This document shows positions 12,570 through 25,311 of a stretch of 64,000 nt of DNA, one piece after another. Within the stretch, counting starts at the first letter, position 1. Every line of letters starts with the position of its first letter. The notes beneath the pieces are model-generated. The model ran no database searches. It saw only the letters and a program-made list of their open reading frames with translations, and was not told where the DNA came from. The position numbers and the translations under genes were made by a program. The stretch comes from Eledone cirrhosa (lineage: Eukaryota): positions 27,528,001 through 27,592,000 of the forward strand of contig OZ024759.1 in the NCBI GenBank assembly GCA_964016885.1, in the 5' to 3' direction.

Positions 12570-14163
12570 GTGAGTTAAGATATGTGTGTATATATGTGTG
12601 TGCGTGTGTGAGTGTGTAAGTTAAGATATGTATGTGTGTGAGTAAGTTAAGATATGTGTGAGTGTGTAAGTTAAGATATGTATATATGTGTGTGTGTAAG
12701 TTAAGATGTGTATGTGTGAGTGTGTAAGTTAAGATATGTATGTGTGTGTGAGTAAGTTAAGATATGTATATATGTGTGTGTGTAAGTTAAGATATGTATG
12801 TGTGAGTGTGTAAGTTAAGATATGTATATATATATATGTGTGTGAGTGTGTAAGTTAAGATATGTGTATATGTGTGAGTGTAAGTTAAGATATATATATA
12901 CATATCTTAACTTACACACTCACACATATGTATATATATATATGTGTGAGTGTGTAAGTTAAGATATGTGTATATGTGTGAGTGTGTAAGTTAATATATG
13001 TATATATATAATGTGTGTGAGTGTGTAAGTTAAGATATGTGTATATAATGTGTGTGAGTGTGTAAGTTAAGATATGTGTCTATAATGTGTGTGAGTGTGT
13101 AAGTTGAGATATATGTGTGTGAGTGTGTAAGTTAAGATATGTATGTGTGAGTGTGTAAGTTAAGATATGTGTATATAATGTGTGTGAGTGTGTAAGTTAA
13201 GATATGTATATATATATGTGTGTGAGTGTGTAAGTTAAGATATGTGTATATGTGTGAGTGTGTAAGTTAAGATATGTGTATATAATGTGTGTGAGTGTGT
13301 AAGTTAAGATATGTGTCTATAATGTGTGTGAGTGTGTAAGTTAAGATATGTGTGTGTGAGTGTGTAAGTTAAGATATGTGTATATAATGTGTGTGAGTGT
13401 GTAAGTTAAGATATGTGTATATAATGTGTGTGAGTGTGTAAGTTAAGATATGTGTCTATAATGTGTGTGAGTGTGTAAGTTAAGATATATGTGTGTGAGT
13501 GTGTAAGTTAAGATATGTATGTGTGAGTGTGTAAGTTAAGATATGTGTATATAATGTGTGTGAGTGTGTAAGTTAAGATATGTATATATATATATGTGTG
13601 TGAGTGTGTAAGTTAAGATATGTGTATATAATGTGTGTGAGTGTGTAAGTTAAGATATGTGTATATAATGTGTGTGAGTGTGTAAGTTAAGATATGTGTA
13701 TATAATGTGTGTGAGTGTGTAAGTTAAGATATGTGTATATAATGTGTGTGAGTGTGTAAGTTAAGATATGTGTATATAATGTGTGTGAGTGTGTAAGTTA
13801 AGATATGTGTATATAATGTGTGTGAGTGTGTAAGTTAAGATATGTGTATATAATGTGTGTGAGTGTGTAAGTTAAGATATGTGTATATAATGTGTGTGAG
13901 TGTGTAAGTTAAGATATGTGTATATAATGTGTGTGAGTGTGTAAGTTAAGATATGTGTATATAATGTGTGTGAGTGTGTAAGTTAAGATATGTATGTGTG
14001 AGTGTGTAAGTTAAGATATGTGTATATAATGTGTGTGAGTGTGTAAGTTAAGATATGTGTCTATAATGTGTGTGAGTGTGTAAGTTAAGATATATGTGTG
14101 TGAGTGTGTAAGTTAAGATATGTATGTGTGAGTGTGTAAGTTAAGATATGTGTATATAATGTG
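12570..14163 (+). repeat. Minisatellite, 37-bp main unit
   Basis: gtgtgtgagtgtgtaagttaagatatgtgtatataat with length variants. Confidence 0.92.
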
Positions 14164-14632
14164 TTAGGCTGCGAGTCTTTCGATCAACTTTAAAAAAAAG
14201 CAAGTGACGTAATGTAATCTTAAGTACAGGTGAGAAAATACCTTGCAGGCGTCATCGTCATAATTACATCATCATCGTAGTCATCCTCATCATCACTATC
14301 GCACTCAATTCTCACCACCGCTACCCCCCCCCCCCACATCGTTACTCCACATCCACCACCACTAACAGTAGTACAATTACTCCTGTTACACCGCCACCAT
14401 CATCATTGATAGACATGATATAAAATGAGAAAGGAGGGGAGGGAGGGGTGAGAGCTGTAGTGTTTGTTATTAGTCGTATTTCCTTCGGACGAAGAGATCC
14501 AGTTACCTTATAATAAAATGTAACATCTCTCTCTCTCTGTATATATATATATATATATATATAACAATGGTGTTTTGGCATTAGTTAAGCTATATATATA
14601 TATATATAACAATGGTGTTTTGGCATTAGTTA

Positions 14633-14672
<40 letters not shown>

Positions 14673-14726
14673 CAATGGATGTTTTGACATTAGTTAAACT
14701 ATATATATACATGCATACACACACAC

Positions 14727-14782
<56 letters not shown>

Positions 14783-16109
14783 TAATACATACTACGCCCT
14801 ATTGTGTGGGAAAACTGGCCACCACAACAGTAATAGCACACGGTAACAACAAGAACAACATCACTACAACAGAATTGTTGGCTTGATATAGTTGACACTC
14901 ATTCCTTTCAATATCATACACATATTCCACCAGTAAACAACAACAACATCAACAAATGGTGGATAGACTAACAAAGACCCACCCAAAAGAGAGTCATTGC
15001 CAATGGAAGCTAGAAATAAGAAAACGGAAAATTAGATCATCTGATTCGCCGGAATCATTGTATATATGATGATCTCCTCCGAATGAAACAGTTCTGGTCC
15101 CGTAGAAGCGATGCTTTTGCCGTCTTGTCCGCTGGGCACAGCACTTCTTCCCCCTTGCCCTAGGCCAAAAGCCCATTCACCCCTACCCTCTCTTCTGCGA
15201 CACCAGAGGTCTTGCCATCCCCTCCCCTTCCTGTTCTTTCCTCCATATTTCCCTATTATTTCTTTCCTTTTGTTTCCTTTTTTTTTTATTATTGCCTTTA
15301 TTATGGTTGTTACTATAAATATCATGTTGTAAAATATATTTGTCAATATCGTATATACTCTACTATGTATTGAGTACTTTACTTACTGTGGTTACCCTGG
15401 ATTGAACCCGGGACTCTCTCTCTCATACACACGCATATATATATATATATATATGTGCGTGTGTCCCCGAAACTAGCTGTTGAAACGACAAGAACTCATG
15501 GTATTCCTTAATGCTTCTAATATTGTCGAAACCAAACATTGCCTTCGAGAGGAGCTGAAGTAAAAACAACTTCTGCTAACGACTTGCTCAAACTTACCGT
15601 GTAATATATTTTAACGATTAATATTAGGAAATATTTGAAAGTTTATATATATAATTCAAAATTAAAAGATATATATACATATATCTTTTTATTTCGAATT
15701 ATATTATCGCTCTGGACATAGCCTATTGAGAAGCATATAAATCAAACATATTTGATATGTTTTGATACCTCATATTTGTGTGTGTGTGTATATATATATA
15801 TTTATTTCCTGGACCTTTCCGACCGAATTACTTCATTCACTTATATATATATATATATATTCAGCTAAGCTCTATGGACTAGTTATACATAATTTGATAA
15901 TTCTGAACAACCCTTTGAATGACAAACACAAGCTTCTGTGAAAAGAAACGAAACTATTATTTTTGCTTTAGTAAATGTTAAATACCTTCTTTTTGACCAA
16001 ACCCAACATTAACTGGCAAAGCCGATAAATTATCAAAATGTTTGGTAATTTTTTTATTATTACACCCTCCTCTGAAATCGGTGTGGTGGAAATTTTATGT
16101 TTTTTCTGT

Positions 16110-16935
16110 GAATTTTCTTTTGCATGTAGTTTAAATCTTGCTCTTCTCTAAAATAGCAGAGTTCTGAGGCTATTTAAAGACAGCCGTGTTGATAAGAGAA
16201 GGGGGTCTTTATTTAAAGTGGCGAAAGATGTGTCCGGCAAAGAAGGGCTCTTTTGCTAGTCTCTATATATATAAACGAAAATGTATGTCTAACTGTCTAT
16301 ATGCAAGCGATGCATTTCCAGTTTCCATCCAATTTTGTTCAAATCTGATACATAGTTTATTTAGCTCCCAGAGCATGTCAACATATAGTTTAAATCTTGC
16401 TCTGTCAAGGTGGGAAGATGTAAAAGTTTCTAATTTGAGTTAAGTTTCATTTATTTGTCATTTAATGGCAGATTTATGACAATAATTAAATATAAATTAA
16501 TAACATGTTGCCAATGGATTCTCTACATTTTATTTTGTCTCTCTTGGAAAACTATTTCCATGGGAAAAGAAAGGTTTAATCTGTCGTCTGCTTTACAACG
16601 ACCAATACAGTTATTGATCAATATTCTTGCAGCTTTTTTTCTACCTTAATTCGGTTATTCACTTTATCTTATTAAGGTGTGCCCGGCAACAACGGGCTCT
16701 TTTGCCAATCTCTCTATATATAAAAAGAAAATGTCTGTCTGTCTATATGCAGGCAATGCATTTCCAGTTTCCATCCGATTTTGTTCAAATTTGATACATA
16801 GGTTATTTAGCTCCTAGAGCATGTCAACAAATAGTTTAAATCATGCTCTTCTCTAAACTAGCAGAGGTCTGGGATTATTTAAATACGGCCGTGTTGATGA
16901 GAGAGGGGGGTCTTTATTTACAGTGGCGAAGCTAG
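16110..16935 (+). mobile_element. Head-to-tail Helitron-type units
   Basis: 3' hairpin + CTAG at 16259; TC..TATATATAAA starts at 16260 and 16709; hairpin gcccggcaacaacgggc at 16681; CTAG|t at 16935; internal segments shared. Confidence 0.7.
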
Positions 16936-17988
16936 TAACGTAATAAATATGGTAGTCTAGTCAATTTATCACTTACCTGTTTTACTCCAGATCTCACTTC
17001 CAATTGATCTATTTGAGTGGAGGGTTGAAAGACTGGTACGGCACTTTAGCTTTCATGTTGCATAATTGCAATAAAGTTTCGTAGATCAAGTTTGGATAGT
17101 ATTTTACAGAGCTTGCTTAGCGATGTCATATTAAAACCATGTTCAATAGTATGGCATTTCTCCCGTAAGAAACTATGCGATACAGATGACCATCTCAATC
17201 AGAATTGCTTATGGAAGATCGAAAGGTTGTAATAAAAAAAAAAAAATACCTAATTTCTATCCATAATTAATTAATTGTTCCAGCAGTTGACAAAAGCTAG
17301 TATTTTCTGTCATTACAATCACATTAAAGCTTTGTGGGTTGAAATCCCGCCGAGGTTAGCTTTGCCTTTCAACCTTACGGGACTCGATAAAATAAAATAC
17401 CAGTAACACACTGGGTCGATTTAATCGACTTTCTCTTCCGCTACCACAAAATTGTTGGCCTTGTGCTTAAATCAAAAATTACTTTGTGATAGCTTTCCAT
17501 GGTGTTTTCTCGTGCATCTGCTCTCGTTCTATTTGAAAGCCGAAGGGCTTTCGGGATGATGAAGGGAATCTGAGGGACGTCTGTGGGTAGTTCTATGTAA
17601 GGTGGGGACAGTTAGATAGATACCTTGTTTAGTCCATCAAATAACAAGGAGTCCCAAGATATTTGGAGGCGGCAAAAAATATTTGACCCGACTACCTCTG
17701 GATATTGAACAAGGGAGATAATTACCATTTACCCAAGGTACTGTCACGTGTGAAGAGATTGATAGATATTTGCCCACGGTGTCACCGCAAGGAACAGGTT
17801 CGTTTGAGGTCCCTTCCAAGAACCCAATGTTATCAGCAATATTGTTTTACAGAATTTGCTTCTTCATTTTTATGGTGCATACACAATCTAGAAACAACTG
17901 CTTGAATAGTTATTATTGTCAACCGTTGTTGTTGTTTAGTCCTAGGTCAACCATTATTGATCAAAGATATTTTAGCCATGACCATCCT

Positions 17989-18182
17989 CAGACCTGTCAA
18001 TTCTCTCCGTCCGACGGGGAGAACTGCTACCCACTTTGGAGTGGATGAGAGATGTCTTCTCTTGTGAAAATAGGTATAGCTTTCATTATGTAAAATCTCC
18101 CCATTTTGCCTCATTTCTCCGTTTCGAGGTACTTTTTTTTCATGGTACTCCCCGTTTGGGTTTTTAGAAGTTGGCAGGTCTG
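17989..18182 (-). mobile_element. MITE with 6-bp TSD (CATCCT)
   Basis: TIR cagacctgtcaa / ttggcaggtctg; related to 41478-41652. Confidence 0.75.
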
Positions 18183-18405
18183 CATCCTACTCTTTCGCTT
18201 GGACACAATAATTATTGTAGGACGAGGTTTTTCACTGAAGTTTACATTATTTATCATTATATAGCGAAATATATAAACACACTCAAAGCAAATAAAGGAA
18301 TCCTAGCACTCACTATATACAAATGAGCATGTCCAACCGATGTTTTATACGTAAAATAGTGGTATATAAGCTATAGCTTATTCTTGTCGCAGTACTGAGT
18401 GAGTA

Positions 18406-18452
18406 AATGTCACTGATGGCGGATCAAAATCCAGAAACACGCGTCTGACATT
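18406..18452 (+). ncRNA. Type-I hammerhead motif with A9G change (family D)
   Basis: aatgtca-CTGATGG-c-ggat-caaa-atcc-a-GAAA-cacgcg-TC-tgacatt: perfect 7-bp stem I, 4-bp stem II, GUC site. Confidence 0.65.
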
Positions 18453-19089
18453 CTAACACGGCTATTAAGATTGGTACATTTTAAAACAGCTTAAAACATT
18501 CGCCACAAAACTCTTTTGTATGTTTATCAACACTTGCTTTGTGTGTGTGTGTGTGTGTGTGTATCGTGAGGTTGTCAGTTCGATTCCTGGACCGGGCGAT
18601 GCTTTATGTCCTTGAGCAAGACACTTTATTTCACGTTGCTCCTTGTAACTGGAGTTGCGTCCGATAGATAGTATTAGCAACAGGAAAGACCAATGGAAAC
18701 ATTGTTTCCTCGGTCCGGTTTTGACGAAAGTCGATCGACTCCATATGTATAAAGAATGGTATGCTCATGCGCAGAGATTGTGTCTATATCAGAAAGTATT
18801 ACATATCCGCGGTGTCGTGAGATTGTTGGATAGAATACTTTGTGGTATTCGTTCTGGGTTTCTCTCTCATCTCTGAGTTCAAATCCCGCCGAAGTCAACG
18901 TTGCTTTTCATCCTTTCGAGACTGATAAAGAAATCTCTCTCTCTCTCTCTCTTCTGTGTTCAGACCTGGTGAAGGGATTGGCCCCCGCCAGGTTTTAAAA
19001 TGTTTAAAATGACCAAGATGCGGCGCCATATATAACGACGGTGCCCCTACAACTTCATCAGGAGTTTCGTGTTCCCATATATACATACA

Positions 19090-19400
19090 TGAGGAGGATT
19101 GCCGCGTCTTTACAGAAGATTGCCATCTCTTATTTATTGATTCTTCATTGTCATCCCATCCGCGTCCAAGACTTCGTAGACCAACTGTAGACCTGCATGA
19201 TTTATGACAACAGGAGGCAACAGAAGAGAGCTGAGCTTTCCACAGGACCGGTGGAGGTCACCCCGTGGGACACTATCTTTGTTTTGTTTTTTTAGTCCAG
19301 AACTAGTTCTCCACACTTTGGTGCATATCGGGCATGTTGTTTCGCCATATATACTATACATACAATGTGAAACTTGTGGGGTTTCTTTCAATGATCCCCG
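19090..19400 (-). mobile_element. Decayed RTE-like LINE 3' fragment
   Basis: Minus-strand CPICTKVWRTSSGL zinc-finger-like remnants and RTE-like 3' end. Confidence 0.45.
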
Positions 19401-19614
19401 TTTGGAATTGAAGTTTAAAAACTGTACTAAATTAATAAGTAAATTGTCTAGACTGTGACACAGTTCTTGCCCTGGTAACAGTGTATTGAGGTATGTGAAG
19501 GAGGGAAAAGTTTGTTGTTGTTTGGTTAGAGAGAGAAGGAAGCGGGTGAATCTTGGGTGAAAACGAAACGGTTCCTTCAAATTTTTACAGAACAAGCTGA
19601 GCTGATGCCCCCTA

Positions 19615-19645
<31 letters not shown>

Positions 19646-20158
19646 GGGTTGAGGGAGAGAGTGAAAGGAGGAGTGAGTGAGAGAGAAAGGATCAGTCGGT
19701 GTATCTGTAATATCTATCTGGGGTTTCCGTAACGGGATTGTCTGCGATGTATATATATGAGAGGGGCGTATAAGACTTGTGTTCCGGGTGTTTTAGTGTC
19801 GTATAGAGTTATGTATATTTGTCAGTGTGGCGGCGGCGGAGGCAATATCTGTGTGTGAGAGAAAGAGAGAGACAGAGAGCTGTGTGGTTCATTCTTTATA
19901 AATTTCACTATCTCTATGAGATAGGGATAAAGAGGAACGAGAGTATGTCCGTATATATATATGTGTGTGTATGTGTGAAAGCCTGTGTGTGGTCTGTTGT
20001 TGCATGTCTATGTCTGCACGACAGTAATATGTGAATGGGAGAGACACAGGGTGGCGGACGAGTTGTAGAAGATTGCATGAGAAGAAATATGAATGCGTAG
20101 AAAAATGTAGGTTAAATGGCAACTTGAGGATTTCCGTGACTTGGGTTATGCATACAAA

Positions 20159-20195
<37 letters not shown>

Positions 20196-20519
20196 GTACA
20201 TGTGTGTGTGTATATGTGTATACACGGCAGTGTTATGGATGTGCAAACATAGCAAACATATACATAAGTATACATGTGACTATGTTTGTTTTAACTTAAT
20301 AATTAGATGTACAAGGCCGTTTCATTTTTGTTTTAAAATGTTATCCCCTCTCTCTCATTATTATTGTTTTATGGGGTTACACTTGGAGCCGTTTTACTTT
20401 ATTTAATTCACTAAAAAACACCAATGGGAAGAGAATAAGTGCCACATCTTCCCGTTACACATTCCTTCTCTTATAATCTTAAAACTTTGTGATTCGCCTA
20501 CGTTTCTTAACACGCCGGG

Positions 20520-20935
20520 TTAATGGGTAGTGACCGAAAGAATACGATCGCGAATACAAGCGGCCAAAAATGGGGTTCCTGCGAAGGGTCTTTAGAGTAA
20601 TGTTACTTGATAGAGTCCATAGCTTGGAGATCAGAGAGTCACTCCAGGTAGAGCCACTACTCCGAATTGAGAGATCACAGCTCCAATACTGTGGACATGT
20701 GATTAGAATATCTCAGGAAAGAATCACTGGACAGATTTTACAGGCAAAACCAACCGGTTGAAGACCCATAGCTGGACCCTGAGCAAGATGGTTGAATAAC
20801 ATCCATGAGTTTGGCTGGTCTCGCTTGGGGATCCAACCCGATCAATTGGGGACGATTGCTTCGGATAGGACCGGCTGGAAAGAGTGTTTGAGGACTCTGC
20901 CCCTACGACCGTCCCAGGAATAAGTGAACAAAGAA
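20520..20935 (+). mobile_element. RTE-like LINE 3' fragment, decayed (partial copies about 39425-39620 +, 24570-24665 -)
   Basis: RIRSRIQAAKMGFLRRV...IRESLQVEPLLRIERSQLQYCGHVIRI...PTG, RTE C-terminal pattern. Confidence 0.75.
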
Positions 20936-21376
20936 CATCCACCTCACCCCCGCCAGGTACAGTATATCTAGGACCACATTATACAATATGTCTTTTGATT
21001 TTAATCAAAAACTTCCTGATATGAATGATATAAGGGAAAAAAAGGAGGAAATTCAGCAGCTGCTATTTCTAGCAAGTCTAGCGACCACATAGGGGCTTCC
21101 TCGTTACCTGATGTGAAACGATTGTTTATTGTAGTGGTGGTGATGATGATGATGATGATGAAATTCTTCAATGTGTATCAAATAAGTGATCGGGTTTCCA
21201 TTCCCACCCTTCTGTATCCGCTTGCTTTTCTTACCTCTTTCCTTTCTTCCTAACCCCCGCCACCCCGCCCTGCTACTGTTATTTGGAGCTGGAATGCAAG
21301 CCTACCAGAATTTCCCGCCCTTCTTTTCCAAAAATACATCAACATAAGAAACTCGCAGGTCCTGGTTGTGGCTCTC

Positions 21377-21429
<53 letters not shown>

Positions 21430-21598
21430 CCTTTTAAAAAGTAAAAAATAAAATAAAGGCGTCGAGTTTCCTTCCCCCTTGCAATGTCAGCCGTGTGTTA
21501 CTGTTGAGTTGTAGCAAGAATTTGATATGGCAAGCCATGGAGTACGTCTAGCTAGTTTCCTTTTCTCCCACTCTCTCTCAAATATATATATATATATG

Positions 21599-21645
<47 letters not shown>

Positions 21646-22175
21646 GAATGGAATAGAGAGGGGAAGGAATATCTATAGAGAGTGACTTAAGGAATGGAAT
21701 ATATATATATATATATATATATATTCCATTCCATAAATCACTCTCTATACACATATTCCCCCCTCTCTCTTCCATTCCTTATATCCCTTGTTCTTTTTCA
21801 CTGCCTGATGGGATGGGATGGGATGTGGGGGAGTGTTACAGGACCTCCTAGTTGTGGAGTTCTGGAGACGGAGATTGGTGGTGAAATTGGTTGGTTGTCA
21901 TTTAGAAGAAGAAGAAAAGACAAGTTCAACAGATATGTTGTTGTGATGATAGCTTGGAACCTTCAACCATGCCCCCCCCCCCCCGCCTGCTTTCCTCTGA
22001 CAACTTGCTCCTGGATTCTTTGGACCCCCCTCCTCCCACCACCATCTCCCTCATTTCAATGTCACTGTTCCTTTTTGGCAGTGGTGGTGATAGTGGGGGA
22101 CATGAAGAATTCTCTGTTTACATACCCCCCACACACACACATATATATATATGTGTGTTAGATGTGTACAAACGA

Positions 22176-22208
<33 letters not shown>

Positions 22209-22427
22209 GGTTTCTGATTTAGGCTCAATGCCAGCAATTTGGGGAGAGGGGAAAGTCGATTAAATCAACCCAGTACATTACTGGTACTTTATTTTATTAA
22301 CTCCCCGTACGGATGAAAGGCAAAGCTAATCTCGGGAGGATTTGAACTCAGAACGTAAAGGGCCGTAACTCAATGCCACAAAGCATGTTATCCAACACTC
22401 TCCCAATACTGTCAATCCACCGCCCTT

Positions 22428-22519
<92 letters not shown>

Positions 22520-22649
22520 ATAATAATAAATTTGAAGACTAAAATCCAAAGAGGGCTCGATAAGGATAAATATATAGCAGATATATATCAAATATATATA
22601 TATATATATAAGCACCGATTCTTTGCTTAAACTTTAATCTGTTATTTTA

Positions 22650-22764
<115 letters not shown>

Positions 22765-23171
22765 TATAGTTAAAGAAAGATTAACATGGTTGGCTGTACA
22801 ATAGGGGCTTTATTCGAAGTGCTGACAATTGTTTCGTTGATCTGGTGTGTCTAGAGTTCGCTAATCGCTTGATGGTGTGTCAATCGATCTCCAATACGTT
22901 GTTTACAATATATAACCTGCATAGAAATTACTGCGAACTCGCTGCATCACTATGGATGCATCTTGTTGAGTCAAACTAAGCCGTACGTTAAAACCATCCA
23001 CAACACATACATATATATCATTATCATCATTTTACGTCCGCTTTTCCCTGCTTGCATATATATATATATATAACTGTCCCTAACATTTTTCACTACCAAA
23101 TCAACTTTTTAAATGGAAGTTGAAGTTGTAAGGTATGTCAAATCTATCTATTTATAAGACTGTTTATATTG

Positions 23172-23237
23172 TATTTTGTCTGATGAAGGCATACCATATT
23201 TTTAATATGATATCCCTGAAATATATATAATGAAATA
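23172..23237 (+). ncRNA. Type-I hammerhead ribozyme motif (family B, diverged stem II)
   Basis: tattttgt-CTGATGA-agg..catatt-ttt-aatatg..cct-GAAA-tatata-TA-atgaaata; same 3' flank as the 3448 copy. Confidence 0.72.
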
Positions 23238-23277
23238 AATATGGTTTTATAAATATAGTTTCCATTTATTTAATATC

Positions 23278-23313
<36 letters not shown>

Positions 23314-24914
23314 GATAACAAGTTATCGTTATAGGTGATCCAATTAGAGGTAGTCCAGTTTAGTACAGCCGTAGAAAACCCGCCAGACAGTCCTATGCGA
23401 GCAAGACAACCACTCTTGCCTCAAGTGGGAAAACTCCCGTCCAAACCCATGCATGCGTGGAAGATGGACGTTAAACGATGATGATGATGATGTGTATATA
23501 TATATATATATATGTAATGTATGTATGTATGTATATATATATGTATGTATATATATATGTATATATATATATATGTATATGTATGTATATATATCATCAT
23601 TATCATCATCGTTTAAACGTCTATCTTCCACACTAGCATGGGTATATATATGTATTAATATACATGTATATATGTGTGTATGAATATATATTTATATATG
23701 TATATGAATATATATGTGTGTGAGCGAGACACTGCCACCTGACCCAACTTGCCTCTAAATGGGACAAACCCGTCTAACCCATGCTAGCGTGGAAGATAGA
23801 TGTTAAATGATGTTGATGATGGTGTATATATTACACAGAACACATGTAGTGGAATTTAATAATTTATCACGTTCCTGACCGAGAAAACACCTTGTAGTAA
23901 TGGAATGGAACTTCAGCAAAAATATTCCTTGTTTTGAATAAAATTGAGTCTCGTGTCTATTAACCCTTTAGCATTTAAACTGGCTATATCCAGCCAGAAC
24001 TCTCTCACCTCGCTCTGTTCAAACCGGCTGTAAACAGCCCCTCATACTGATGTTAAGGTATTGTTCTGAAAATAAATAACATCAAAATCTCACAGATTTG
24101 ATATTATGTGAGATAATTATGTAAGATAAAGCCTTTACTGTGAAAATATAATTGTTTCTACTTTAGGCACAAGGCCAGCAATTACCCAGTGCATTACTGG
24201 TACTTTATTTTATCGACCCCTGTAAGGATGAAAGGCAAAGTCAACCTCGGCGGGATTTGAACTCGGATTGTAAAGGCCCGTAACTCTATGCTGCAAAGCA
24301 TGGAGTCCGACCCTCTACCGATACTGCCAGTCCACCAGTAAATATAGAGTAATGTAAATGTTAAAGGGTTAAGAATGAATATTATAGTTGTTTGTGTGGG
24401 TATATATGTTTGTATATATGTTTGTATATATGTTTGTGTATATATATGTTTATATGTGTGTGTGTGTATGTAGGTACTCTCGAGTTCCAAATAATTGGGT
24501 GGTTGGAATAAGTGTAGGGGTGAGGGTGGAGAATCGGTGATTTTTCTAGGTTGTCTTCTTCTTCTTCTTCACCCACTTATTCCTGAGAGGGTTGTGGGAG
24601 CAGAGTCCTCAAACACTCCTCCCTCCAGCGGGTCCAGTCAGAAGCAACCATCTCCATTGTCTCCGTTGATCTTTTTAAAAACCAGAATTAGTTGTTTCCA
24701 ACCCATCCTATTTATTTTATAAGATATGGGATTTCTAGTAACGTACTTTTTTTTGTCATGTGTAATGTTTTTTTAATTTATAAAGAAAATTAATTGGTGC
24801 AGGAATGCTAGATTTTTAGTTTCTTTTGGTAAACATGCAAGAATTTCCATAAGGAGTAGCCAGCTACAATAAAACATTTGTTTTTCACTCAAAACAGGTC
24901 AACTCACTTTTGTA

Positions 24915-25145
24915 ATTGGTCCCTATCCTTGGCCAGGTTAACAACCCCACAAACAACAATTGGTCCCTGGCAAGGTTAACAGCCCCCAAACATCAATTGG
25001 TCCCTATCCCTGGCAAGATTAACAACCCCACAAACATCAATTGGTCTCTATTTCTGGCAAGGTTATCAGCCCCACAAACATCAATTGGACCCTGGCAAGG
25101 TTAACAGCCCCACAAACAACAATTGGTCCCTATCCCTGGCAAGGT
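24915..25145 (+). repeat. Minisatellite, about 34-41-bp unit
   Basis: Recurring aattggtccct..ggcaaggttaacagccccacaaaca. Confidence 0.8.
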
Positions 25146-25311
25146 GGTTCACCACTGGGTAGAATTGATCATTCTGCAATGTTAACCACGATGTAATAGA
25201 GGAAAACACTATACACCTGGCCACTGAAATGTGACACCAAAGTGTTTGCAGAAATAAATAATTAAGGGAATTGAACCTGTTCGGCCTCCTGTCATTTTAC
25301 TTTATAATATA

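Noticed and set aside
15385-15420. tRNA-like B-box fragments and SINE heads as tRNA genes
   Set aside because: No full cloverleaf; they are SINE remnants.
16971-17230. Strong minus-strand donor CAG|GTAAGT at 16977
   Set aside because: All three upstream frames hit stops quickly and no convincing acceptor or homology was seen.
22824-22840. GAAACAATTGTC hammerhead 3' half-sites (here on minus; also 3171 on plus)
   Set aside because: The 5' core is missing, so not counted as ribozymes.
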